Part shown: positions 22,631 through 33,279 of the stretch, one piece after another
Numbering within the stretch: position 1 is the stretch's first letter
Layout of the letters: each line of letters starts with the position of its first letter
Assembly (NCBI RefSeq): GCF_028641065.1
Contig: NW_026575289.1
Coordinates: 1-56,160, forward strand
Direction of reading: 5' to 3'
Length of the DNA stretch: 56,160 nt
Origin: Leucoraja erinacea
Taxonomy: Eukaryota
The notes under the pieces: model-generated
What the model saw: only the letters and a program-made list of their open reading frames with translations
What the model was told of the DNA's origin: nothing
Databases searched by the model: none
Made by a program: the position numbers and the translations under genes

Positions 22631-25600
22631 TGATTCCAAGATGGCGCCGATGTCTATGGCTGCCCGTCTGTTGCTCTCTCTGTTTTTTGTGTATTCTATT
22701 GGTGTTATACAACTAAAGTCTCTGCTGGTCTACGACCGTACATCTCTAATGGACATTCAGCGTAATGTCGGTGCCTTTGTTTACCGCGGACATACTACAC
22801 TGCCCCCGTTCCTCTTGGGAATCCAAACTCACCTGGAGACCATTCCGGTCTCAGAGATGTACCGAGTGCCCGAGGAAGCGTCGCCGTCGCCGTCGCCGTG
22901 GCAAACGTAGCGGTCGACTGGTGAAGTCTAAACTGGGTGGGCCAGGAGGTGGGAATCTCCTCGAAAGCCTTGAGCGTCGGGAACACCTTGCTCAGGGACA
23001 TCTCTGGGGCCTTCAGCCTTCAGCCTGGTGCTCACCAACTGTCAACTGTCAACTGTCAACGGACAATCTCCTCCCCAACGATCGGGAGCACTGTCCACCT
23101 GCTGCAGCACGGAGAACTGGCTTGGCTCACCGTCTCGGTAGGAGGAACGAAGGAGGTCACCTGGTACACCAACTCTTCCGGGTGGGTCCCTTCGCCCCCA
23201 CCCCTTCCTATGCTCAGGAGCTGCGGCGAGACGGGCCACGCCCCCCATGCTCTCCTCGGCCCCGCCACCGCGGGGTGAATCCCCGGAACCTGAGGACTCT
23301 GCACCAGGCTCAGCGATCAGCTGATCTGGTGAGTCCATCCCCCTCCAGGATTGGTTTAGTGAACGCTAGATCCCTGGCAAACAAGACTTTTATACTGAGG
23401 GATTTCTTCTGCTCACGTGGACTGGGTTTCCTCTGTGTGACTGAGACTTGGATGGGTCCAGGTGAGTGCAGCGCTCTTGTTGAGCTATTACCGGCTGGCT
23501 GCTCTTATTTCAACTCACCGCGGATATCGGGCCGTGGAGGAGGAACAGCGGCTGTTTATAAAAATAACTTTAAGTGCAGGCAATGCCCTCTATCATCTTC
23601 TTTCTCCAGTTTCGAAGCAACTTTATTTGAAGTGGGCCGCTCCAAACCGGTGCTTTGTGCGGTCATCTACCGACCGCCCAAGTATAATAAGGACTTTGTA
23701 AATGAATTCTCTGATTTTCTGGTTGGGATCGTGCCCAACTATGATCGTGTCCTTTTGGTTGGGGACTTTAACATCCATGTGTGCTGTCCTGATAAGCCGT
23801 TAGTGAAGGACTTTTTCAGCCTTGTTGACTCTTTTGATTTTGTCCAGTGTGTGTCTGGTCCCACACACGAACATGGACATACACTGGACCTTGTTCTCTC
23901 TCATGGCTTGTCTGTGATGAATTTGACAATCTCTGATTGTGTGTTTTCAGATCATATGCCTGTATTGTTTGATGTCAATTTCTCCTGTGAAGCAATTTTG
24001 CCTGTGGTGTCTGCTCGGCGCTGTCGGTCTTTTAGCCCTTTTACTGCTGGCAAGTTCTCTGCTGCTTTCGATCAGCTCTGCGCCCCCTCTGCGTCCACTC
24101 CTCTTGGTACGGAGGAGATTAGTTCGTGGTTTCATTCTTCATGCAGGACTATACTGGACTCTGTGGCTCCGTTAAGATCGTTGAAGCCGAGGGCTAAACC
24201 TGAACCCTGGTTCAGTGCAGTGACTCGTGCAGCACGACGGGAGTGTCGTAGAGCTGAGCGAAAGTGGAGGAAGGACAGGCTACAGGTTTCACTTCAAATT
24301 CTCAGGGACTGTTGGCGTCACTACCAAAACAGTGTTAAAAAGGCCAAGAGAGAGTACCTGTCTAAAATTATTGTGTCAAAGTGTAACAACCCTCGTGTGC
24401 TATTTGAAATCATTGACTCTGTTCTAAATGCCCCGCAGCCTGTCTGTCTGGAAGCTTCACCTGAAATGTGTAATGACTTCCTGCACTTTTTTGTTGATAA
24501 GGTTGTTTCCTTAAGGGCTAACATTTCAGCACCTGCCTCTGACCCTTCTGTTTCGGTCCCTTGCCTGGTGGTATTCGACAAGTTTGAGCCTGTGACTATA
24601 TCGTATTTAAAGGATGTGGTTTCCCATATTAAGCCATCGGGTTCTCCTTGTGATGCGGTCCCTCCACATCTTTTTAAGGAGGTTTTCCCTAGTATAGGGC
24701 AGTCGGTTCTTACCATTATTAACAGCAGCTTGTGTTCTGGGGTTGTCCCCGTGAGTTTTAAACATGCGGTAGTGCAACCACTACTTAAGAAACCTGGCCT
24801 GGATCAATCTGTTCTGGCCAATTTTAGACCCATCTCGAAATTGCCTTTTATTTCTAAATTACTGGAGAGAGTTGTTTATGCTCAGCTAAAACTATTCCTG
24901 GAGGAGCATGATATTCGGGAGATCTTCCAGTCTGGATTTAAAACCACGCACAGCACGGAGTCAGCATTGCTAAGGGTTTTTAACGATATCCTCCTGGCTA
25001 ATGATTCTGGGGATTGTGTGGTTCTTGTCCTGCTGGACTTGTCTGCCGCCTTTGATACGGTGGACCATAATATCTTATTATCTCGGCTACAGCAGTTAGT
25101 GGGTATCTGCGGCAGTGCCCTGGGATGGTTCAGGTCCTATCTGGCGGGCAGAACCATGTGTGTTAGCCTTGCTGGGTTTGAATCCTCTTCCGCTCCCCTG
25201 TCATATGGGGTTCCACAGGGTTCGATTCTGGGGCCCCTGCTTTTCTCGCTGTACATACTTCCTCTGGGTTCCATCCTTAGAAAGCATGGCATCTCCTTCC
25301 ACTGTTATGCAGATGATACCCAGCTTTATTTGCCGCTGAGGGGGGAAGATGCCTTTTCTGTAAAATCGCTTCTGTCTTGTCTTGATGACATTAAGTCCTG
25401 GTTGGCCCTAAACTTTCTTGGATTTAATGAAAAGAAGACAGAGGTGATTTTATTTGATCCCAATGGCTGCCGTGAACCTCCATTTGTTGATTTAGGTCCA
25501 TTGTCAAGGTACGTGAAGCCAACAGTTGTGAACCTGGGTTTTAGGATGGACAGTGACTTTAAATTAGATCGCCAAATATGCGCGGTGGTTAAGTCCAGCT

Positions 25601-26338
25601 TCTTTCACCTAAGGAAGCTGGCGAAGGTGAAGCCCATTCTCGAGCGGCAGCATTTTGAGACAGTAATCCATGCCTTTATTACATCTAGGCTGGATTACTG
25701 TAACGCGCTCTATTTTGGTGTTGCTCGTTCTTCACTGGCTCGTCTCCAGTTGGTTCAGAATGCTGCTGCTCGCCTTTTAACAGGGACTCGAAAGAGGGAG
25801 CACATATCGCCAATTCTGGCCTCCCTACACTGGCTCCCGGTGCACTTTCGGGTTCATTTTAAGATACTGTTATTTGTTTTTAAATCTCTGAATGGGCTCG
25901 CCCCGCCTTACCTCTCTGAGCTGCTCCACCCATACGCTCCTGCCCGGTCCCTCAGGTCAGCTGGTCAGCTGCTCCTGGAGGTACCGAGGTCTAATCGGAG
26001 GCTCAGAGGGGATAGAGCCTTCTCTGTTGCTGCTCCGGCACTCTGGAACACCCTGCCGTTGCACATCAGACAGGCCCCCTCACTGTCCATCTTCAAATCC
26101 AGTGTTAAAACGCATTTGTACTCCCTGGCTTTTGACCATGCCTGAGGCTTTGCTTCTGTTTGTGGTGTTTTTGATGTTTCTTTATTTTACTTGTCTTTTC
26201 CTACTATTTCTTTTGTTTGTTATTTTTGGTGTGTATTAACTTTTTTGTCAATGATTAGTGATGTACAGCACTTTGTTGCAGCCATGTTTGTTTTTTAAGT
26301 GCTCTATAAATAAAATTATTATTATTATTTATTATTAT
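22631..26338 (+). mobile_element. Apparently full-length single-ORF L2-clade LINE (~3.7 kb)
   Basis: Begins TGATTCCAAGATGGCG; ends AATAAA plus (ATT)n; encodes APE and RT. Confidence 0.92.
22765..26145 (+). CDS. L2 endonuclease-reverse transcriptase ORF (1126 aa)
   Basis: APE motifs NARS, TETW, YRPP, GDFN, SDH; RT motifs [25 protein letters not shown]; L2 C-terminus [19 protein letters not shown]. Confidence 0.9.
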   Translation: MSVPLFTADILHCPRSSWESKLTWRPFRSQRCTECPRKRRRRRRRGKRSGRLVKSKLGGPGGGNLLESLERREHLAQGHLWGLQPSAWCSPTVNCQLSTDNLLPNDREHCPPAAARRTGLAHRLGRRNEGGHLVHQLFRVGPFAPTPSYAQELRRDGPRPPCSPRPRHRGVNPRNLRTLHQAQRSADLVSPSPSRIGLVNARSLANKTFILRDFFCSRGLGFLCVTETWMGPGECSALVELLPAGCSYFNSPRISGRGGGTAAVYKNNFKCRQCPLSSSFSSFEATLFEVGRSKPVLCAVIYRPPKYNKDFVNEFSDFLVGIVPNYDRVLLVGDFNIHVCCPDKPLVKDFFSLVDSFDFVQCVSGPTHEHGHTLDLVLSHGLSVMNLTISDCVFSDHMPVLFDVNFSCEAILPVVSARRCRSFSPFTAGKFSAAFDQLCAPSASTPLGTEEISSWFHSSCRTILDSVAPLRSLKPRAKPEPWFSAVTRAARRECRRAERKWRKDRLQVSLQILRDCWRHYQNSVKKAKREYLSKIIVSKCNNPRVLFEIIDSVLNAPQPVCLEASPEMCNDFLHFFVDKVVSLRANISAPASDPSVSVPCLVVFDKFEPVTISYLKDVVSHIKPSGSPCDAVPPHLFKEVFPSIGQSVLTIINSSLCSGVVPVSFKHAVVQPLLKKPGLDQSVLANFRPISKLPFISKLLERVVYAQLKLFLEEHDIREIFQSGFKTTHSTESALLRVFNDILLANDSGDCVVLVLLDLSAAFDTVDHNILLSRLQQLVGICGSALGWFRSYLAGRTMCVSLAGFESSSAPLSYGVPQGSILGPLLFSLYILPLGSILRKHGISFHCYADDTQLYLPLRGEDAFSVKSLLSCLDDIKSWLALNFLGFNEKKTEVILFDPNGCREPPFVDLGPLSRYVKPTVVNLGFRMDSDFKLDRQICAVVKSSFFHLRKLAKVKPILERQHFETVIHAFITSRLDYCNALYFGVARSSLARLQLVQNAAARLLTGTRKREHISPILASLHWLPVHFRVHFKILLFVFKSLNGLAPPYLSELLHPYAPARSLRSAGQLLLEVPRSNRRLRGDRAFSVAAPALWNTLPLHIRQAPSLSIFKSSVKTHLYSLAFDHA

Positions 26339-26365
26339 AAAAAGAGATAGCACCAGTGAGATGAT

Positions 26366-27357
26366 CGAAATGGAAATGAAATGAGTTGTTGACCTTGCAC
26401 CGTGCTTGAAATGGAAATTAAATGAGTTGTTGGCCGTACTCTATGCTTGAAATGGAAATTAAATGAGTTGTTGGCCTTGCACTGTGCTTGAAATGGAAAT
26501 GAAATTAGTTTTTGGCCTTGCACTGTGCTTGAACTCAGTTGTTGGCCTACACTGTGCTTGAACTCAGTTGTTGGCCTGTACCATGCATCAACTCGGTTGT
26601 TGGCGTGCATTGTGCTTATTACAAATGTCACGCTCATTCCGGAAGTCCCGCTCACTCCAGACGTCCTGCTTAGTGGAGAGGTTGTGCTCATTCTGGAAGT
26701 CCCGCTCAGTGGAGAGGTCATGCTCAACAACATGAGTAGATTCAAGAATTTTACTGTCATATATATGTTGTGTGAGTGTGAGTGTGTGTGAGTGAAGGAG
26801 GGTGTGAGTGTGTGTGAGAGATGGAGGGTGTGTGTGTAATTGGGGTGTGTGCGTGTGTGTGTGTGAGCCCACCAGCCGTGAGTGAGTGAAATCCCAGCCT
26901 ACCAGCCGTGAGTCAACTGCCAGCCTACCAGCCATGAGTCAACTGCCAGCCCACCAGCTGTGAGTGAGTCAACTGCCAGTCCACCAGCCGTGAAGGACCT
27001 TGATAGTCAATCCTGGACCTCACAGGGAGGCAATGAAGGGAGAAAAATACTGGGGTGAGGTCAGACACACACACACAGGCCTGAATGACAGAGCTGCCAT
27101 CCCACCAGGCCTGAGTGACTGAGCTGCCAGCCCACTAGGCCTGAGTGACTGAGCTGCCAGCCCAAAAATCCATTCGACCCACAATTTCCATACTGGCCTT
27201 CTGGAAACCTGTCCCTTCAGCCCACAACACCCATACTAGCACTCCAGAAAGCTCCCTCCCCACTGGCCACCAATATTGGAATTGATGGAGATGTGAAATA
27301 TTGCGTTGGGGAACCAGCCCTCCCGTGTGACCATGGGACCCAACGGGTCCCACTTAG
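26366..27357 (-). repeat. Composite tandem-repeat element (~41/29-bp, (TG)n, ~25-bp and ~28-bp arrays) with a terminal hairpin; possibly Helentron/DINE-like
   Basis: AAATGGAAATGAAATGAGTTGTTGGCCTTGCACTGTGCTTG units at 26368-26600; (TG)n at 26768-26865; CCAGCCGTGAGTCAACTG units; GGCCTGAGTGACTGAGCTGCCAGCCCA units; hairpin TGGGACCC-aac-GGGTCCCA at 27334-27352. The family assignment is inference. Confidence 0.6.
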
Positions 27358-27724
27358 GATGAAAATAAAACACTCTTGACTCTTCTACATGACCATTGAA
27401 AGTGGATTGGGAGCAGCGGCTAGAGGGGGAAATGATCTGGTGTGTGGGAAGCATAAACAGTGAGGGAGTACGAGGTCGGAGTCAGCAGGTCTCCGTGAGA
27501 TAAATAATTAAATGTGCTTACCTTGGTTTAGTTCTGACTCTCTCTCCATCTCTCCCCCACCCTAATTCTCTGACTAGTTTCAATGCCCTTCTGATAATTT
27601 AACTGATTTTATGCCTCCTTATCACCTTAGCTAACAATGAACCATTCTACATTTCCTTATCATCGTCTTGCTTCGAACTGTAATTTTCCCCCACGATATC
27701 TCCAGACTCCCTTTCCACAGCAGC

Positions 27725-28550
27725 TCATTCCAGATAAGAACCACTCTCAGTTAAAATGTTGCCCTGAGGTCCCTTTTAAATCTCTCTCCTCTCACCTTGG
27801 CCCAATACTTCTAGTTTTAGAATCCTTTATCCTGGGGAAAATAAACTGAGTGTTCAATATCCATGCCCCTCATGATTTTTCACACTTTATTTAGGTCACC
27901 CCTCGGCCTCCTATGCTCCCAAATCAATCCTTGCCTATCCAGCCTCTCCTTATAATTCAAACACAAGTCCCCAAAATATCTTGGTAAACATTTTCTGCAC
28001 CCTTTCCAGCATAATGGCATCCTGCTACAGCTGAGCACCTAGAACTACATAAACTATTCCTGGTGTAGTCTCACCAATACAAAGCTGCATCATGCTATCC
28101 AAATCTTTGTATTCAATACCCATTGAAGGCAAGTATGGCAAAGCCTTCACCACACCATCCATCTTACGATGTTCTAGAAACCATGCACCTGTAATCCGAG
28201 ATCTGTGTTCTACAACACTCTCCAGGGTTCTACCATTTATTGTGCAAGTCCTACCCTGGATTTGCATATCAGTGTGCAACATCTCACATTTGTCAGAGTT
28301 AAATTATATTTGTCATTCCCCACCAAACCAAACTTCCTGCGTATGATGCGCACAGCCTAAAGTTGTAGGAGAACTTGTCCTATTTGATCTTATTTGATTT
28401 TGCACGCCGGATTGATTACAATGGTGTCATCTGCAGATTTACTCACAATGTTACCTGCATTGTCATCCAAAACATGAATGTAGGTTACAAACAACATTGA
28501 ACTGTGCACCGACCCCTGCAGCAAAAGCACTGATCACAAAATACAATCCT
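27725..28550 (-). mobile_element. Old, diverged CR1 remnant
   Basis: Degenerate peptides such as INGRTLESVVE.R and GIEYK..MMQL. Confidence 0.6.
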
Positions 28551-28567
28551 CCAGTTATTCTGTGGAC

Positions 28568-28787
28568 CAGGGGGTTCCCAACCTTTTCCATCCAGTTTAC
28601 CTCAGGCATCCTTAATAGTACATAACAATGTTATTTCACTTATTTATGAACAACTAATGATGAACAAATATATACTGGTATACGAGAACCAAACACAGTC
28701 ACTCAATTAGAACAAATATGTACAAATGTAGAATCAACAAATGTACTCCCAGGGTCGGCGACATTTACCCCAGGTTGGGAACCCTTG
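28568..28787. mobile_element. hAT (Charlie-like) MITE, 220 bp
   Basis: TIRs CAGGGGGTTCCCAACCT / AGGTTGGGAACCCTTG; imperfect 8-bp TSD CTGTGGAC / CTGTGGGA. Confidence 0.75.
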
Positions 28788-28799
28788 CTGTGGGAGCTG

Positions 28800-28960
28800 C
28801 TTCTGATTGGCGGAACAAGCAAGCGATTGTGACGTTTCTCCTTGGATATCCAATCAGAGCGTTTACAGCAATGTTATTAAACAGCTCACCGACCGTCCAA
28901 TGACGATCCGCTTCTGCTCCATCCCTCATTAGCATAGAGTGACGTCGCTGCCTATTTAAT
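28800..28960 (+). promoter_or_regulatory. H2B promoter: CCAAT boxes, CRE-like sites, variant octamer, TATA
   Basis: GATTGG, CCAATCA, CCAATGA, TGACGT (twice), CTCATTAGCATA (canonical octamer is ATTTGCAT), TATTTAA. Confidence 0.8.
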
Positions 28961-29011
28961 CCGCGCTCCGTCTTCGAGCTGGTCACTCCGTGTTTGAAAT
29001 CCACCGAGGAA

Positions 29012-29404
29012 ATGCCTGATCAGCAGAAAACAGCCGCCAAGAAGGAAGCAGTCGCCAAGAAGGGCGCAAAGAAAGCTTTGCCGAAATCCGCAGGCAAAGG
29101 GGGCAAGAAGCGTAGGAGGTCGAGGAAGGAGAGTTACTCCATCTACATCTACAAAGTGATGAAGCAGGTTCACCCGGATACCGGCATCTCCTCCAAGGCC
29201 ATGGGCATCATGAACTCGTTCGTGAACGATATTTTCGAGCGTATCGCGGGCGAGGCTTCCCGCCTGGCGCATTATAACAAGCGGGCGACCATCAGCTCCC
29301 GAGAGATTCAGACCGCCGTGCGCCTGCTTCTTCCCGGGGAGCTGGCCAAGCACGCCGTGTCGGAAGGGACAAAGGCGGTGACCAAGTACACCAGTTCCAA
29401 ATAA
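29012..29404 (+). CDS. H2B: Histone H2B (130 aa, N-tail with a 6-aa duplication)
   Basis: [21 protein letters not shown]...[10 protein letters not shown]. Confidence 0.96.
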   Translation: MPDQQKTAAKKEAVAKKGAKKALPKSAGKGGKKRRRSRKESYSIYIYKVMKQVHPDTGISSKAMGIMNSFVNDIFERIAGEASRLAHYNKRATISSREIQTAVRLLLPGELAKHAVSEGTKAVTKYTSSK

Positions 29405-29442
29405 AGATCCACACATTGTTGAAAAAACACCCAAAACCCAAC

Positions 29443-29458
29443 GGCTCTTATAAGAGCC
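29443..29458 (+). promoter_or_regulatory. Histone 3' stem-loop (H2B), loop TATA
   Basis: GGCTCT-TATA-AGAGCC; HDE-like GAAGGAGTTG downstream. Confidence 0.88.
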
Positions 29459-30217
29459 ACCCATATTTTCGCAGAAGGAGTTGTACTAATGTTTCGACAT
29501 TGAATCGCAGCAGAATTGTTTCAGGATATTTTTGCGTGGCGAATTATTACACATTTTGTTTAGTGATTAAATTAAATTCCAATATACGCGGGATATTCCC
29601 GGTATCCATGTTGCGTTCCAGTCCATCAAACAGAAGTAAAACTCATTTCCCTCTCACGTCAGCTTGTCCCAGTCATAAATTGAGCCCACGGCCAGTCGAC
29701 TAGTGCTGCCGTTACTGTTTTATTGTCTTCATCTCTTAAGTGTACTGAATTGCATTTCTACTCGGCAATTCGTCCAGTCTTTAAAGGAGGAACGTTTCAC
29801 ACTGTCGCCCATATTCCGATTTTTGTGAAAATGAACCAGACTATAATCCGAGACCGTTTACATAGTGACCGATCGCTAATTGATGTCGAGGGTCGTTTTT
29901 TTTGTAATCGGTTACCGGCCCAAATAAATCGTAAATTAAATGTGTTGTGCTGTATTGCCCAGGGTTCAAGGTGGTCCACAATCAAGAGTATTTAATTGTC
30001 ATGTACCGTGAACGGAACAATGAAATTCTTACTCGCAGCAGTATAATAAACATCTTAACGCAATGCACTTACATAAAAAAGTGATAATCAAAAAAGCAAT
30101 GGTTATGTGATGTAGCAAATTGTATTGACATACAGATTTATAGTTTGGCGGCTATTTCAAAGTTCGAGTTTTGGAGGGACTGGCAGTTATTTTCAGCGCT
30201 TTTCTGTTGTGGGATTT

Positions 30218-30330
30218 GATTGGTAGATAAAACAGTTCTCTGATTGGGTTATTCTTCAACACCAATGAGACCATGTCCTTTTTCACCAATCACCAGCGGT
30301 TCTCTGGATTCCTCAAACAGGTATAAGAAA
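30218..30330 (+). promoter_or_regulatory. H2A promoter: four CCAAT boxes and TATA
   Basis: GATTGG twice, CCAAT twice, GTATAAGAA about 55 bp upstream of the ATG. Confidence 0.78.
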
Positions 30331-30343
30331 GGCGAGTCTGTGA

Positions 30344-30874
<531 letters not shown>

Positions 30875-31220
30875 TAGTAAACCGTTGGGACTGGAGGAAA
30901 ATAAATCCCCAATGTCTGATAGTCTGCATCCCAGCGTACTCAAGGACGTGTACCCCAGAAATCATGGATGCATTGTTGATCATTTTCCAATTTTCACTCG
31001 ACTCTGGATCAATTCCTGTGCACTGAAGGGTAGACACTGTAACTCCACTTTTTTGGACGTTTTCAAGGGAGAGTTAGATTTTGCTCGTAGGGCTGAAATA
31101 ATTAAGGGATATGGGGGGGGAAGCCAAAATTGGGTACTGATTTTAGATAATCAGCCGTGATCATAATGATGGTGGTAGGGGCTCGAAGGGCCGGAAGGCC
31201 CAGTCCTGCACCTTATTCTG
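30875..31220 (+). mobile_element. Internally deleted, diverged CR1 fragment
   Basis: NKSP..D.LHP.VLK-like start joined to FKGELD...KGYG and a CR1 3' UTR. Confidence 0.65.
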
Positions 31221-31239
31221 TTTCTCACTTTAGGTAGCA

Positions 31240-31472
31240 CCAGCATTCTCTCTTGCTCTATCCCTCCCCCACACAAGGCTTCTCAGCTAAGAACGGCCTG
31301 TTACTTTTATAATTGTTTCTATTTTGCATATCTTTCATTCATTGTTCTTTACATTTCCATATCGCTCGTTTCCCTTTTCCCTAACCAGCCTGAAGAAGGG
31401 TCTTGACTTGAAACGTCACCCTCTCCAGAAATGCTGCCTGTGCCACTGAGTTACTCCAGCTTTTTGTGTCTA
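31240..31472 (+). mobile_element. Penelope-like element 3'/pLTR remnant with a hammerhead-ribozyme core
   Basis: CTGAAGA-AGGGTC-TT-GACTT-GAAAC-GTC at 31390-31417, followed by GCTGCCTG..CTGAGTTACTCCAGC. Confidence 0.6.
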
Positions 31473-31821
31473 TGGACTGGGCAGTGTTCATCCATTTGTC
31501 CAATCATCCTTGATTCTGGTAATTCAAGTTCCTGAACCAGGCCATGATGCAATTATAGAAATTAAATAACATATTTGTTGGCATACTGAATTTCCCCAGT
31601 CTTAGAAGTAGAAACATTGTTGCACTTTCTTTATGATTGCATCAATGTGCTGGGGCCAGGACAGATCTTCAGAAATATGCATGCCCAGGAATTTGATACA
31701 GTTGCATATGGATGTGCAGGGACCCAGTTCCCTGAGCTTGGTCTTGGACTGAGTTTCACTTTGTCCATCTCCCTGCTGTCAGTGCTGGAGCTGTACTGGG
31801 CAGTCTCCATGCAGTTCTGAG

Positions 31822-32901
31822 CAAAGATCCTATAGCAAAGCAAAATAGACTACTCCTGCTAAATGCAATGGACTGACGTGTAGTACGCTATGGAGGGGAT
31901 CATGGGCATTTTTCCACGCCCATTTTAGCAACCTCAGCCTACCTGACCCGACCCGACTCGCACTGTAATCAATGTTGCGGGGCAACAGTTTGTGTGGGTC
32001 AGATTCATAAATCTGTCAGTTCAAACTTCTTGTCAAGAATAAAATTTGATTCTGGTAATAGTCTTTTTTAATGTTTTTTAAATCATTTATTTTTAAATGG
32101 CTCACAAGCAGTGTTTGAGTTGATTTTGTAGTAACCGGAACCGACCCGACTCGCAGGGTGATTGACGGGGGGGGGGGGGGGGGGGGGTACTTTTTTGTGC
32201 GTGATATAGGGTTAGATTGATAATTCTGTTAGTTCATAATTCTGTTGATTCTTGTTAAAGAATAAAATGTTTATAAACACACATACATGAAAATTATATA
32301 AATGTATATAACACACACAATTATATTTCTTCTAATCCAATAATGAACTTTATTTCAGACTAGACAAGGGACATTAAATAAGAAACATTGTAAATAAGAA
32401 ACATTGTAAAACTCCCTGCAACTTCACACACACTAGGCCTTATCCCCCCCGGCACTCTCTCGCCTGCCCCCTTACTACAATGTTCCCCCTCCTATGCCCC
32501 TCTCCTCACCGCCCCGGGCCCCGCACTCTCTCTCCTCGCTGCCCCGGACCCCGCACTCCTTCTCCCCGCTGCCCCGGGCCCCTCACTCTCTCTCCCCGCT
32601 GCCCCGGACCCCGCACTCTCTCTCCCCGCTGCCCCGCACTCTCTCCCCGCTGCCCCGGACCCCACACTCTCTCTCCCCGCTGCCCCGGACCCCACACTCT
32701 CTCTCCCCGCTGCCCCGGACTCCTTCTCCTCGCTGCGGATCCAATCTTTGGCCGGAAGCAAGAAGGCGGGAGCAAGAAAGCGGAGCAAGATGGCGGAGTC
32801 AGGTTGCTAAAATGTGTCCTATAATCACCCATGAATCCGCCCATGAGCGTACCTCACGTTTGCGTGAGAGTAATCCATCTTGCTTTGCTATAGGATCTTT
32901 G
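31822..32901. mobile_element. Non-autonomous hAT-type DNA transposon, 1080 bp
   Basis: 22-bp perfect TIR CAAAGATCCTATAGCAAAGCAA; perfect 8-bp TSD GTTCTGAG (31814-31821, 32902-32909); empty site in the mirror arm at ~39001-39008. Confidence 0.93.
32505..32725. repeat. 30-bp GC-rich minisatellite inside the hAT element
   Basis: About 7 units of CCCCGCTGCCCCGGACCCCGCACTCTCTCT. Confidence 0.9.
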
Positions 32902-33279
32902 GTTCTGAGATGGTTTGTGCAGGTCTGTGCCCTTACAGTGTTGGGAGTGGCTGGTGCAAATCTCTCAGACCACAGACTGTGTGGTCTGTACTGGGCTGTG
33001 ACTTCACAGTGTAGTGCAGGGGGTGTTCCTGTCTTTATCTGTACACGAGGGGTTGGTGTTGGAAATCTGTTGCCCCACAGGGAAGTGTGAGGTCCATGTC
33101 ATTACATTATTGTGTGGTGTGATGGTCAAATAGTGTGTTTTCCAGGCCTGTCTCCTTGCAGTACAGTGCAGGGAAGTTTTATTGTTTCCTGTTGGTACAC
33201 GTAACAATAATAAAACTAAATATTTTTAATTCACACAGTGAGTGCCAGTTATCTGTCATTGTATAAAATACAAGTCATA

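Noticed and set aside
26368-26600. CRISPR-like array
   Set aside because: Units are head-to-tail with no unique spacers, there are no cas genes, and the context is vertebrate.
26335-26760. 141-aa Ser/Thr-rich ORF conserved in both arms
   Set aside because: It lies entirely in tandem repeats; the conservation only reflects the recent duplication.
32480-33090. Pro/Arg-rich repetitive proteins in four frames
   Set aside because: Translation of a stop-free 30-bp minisatellite inside a transposon.
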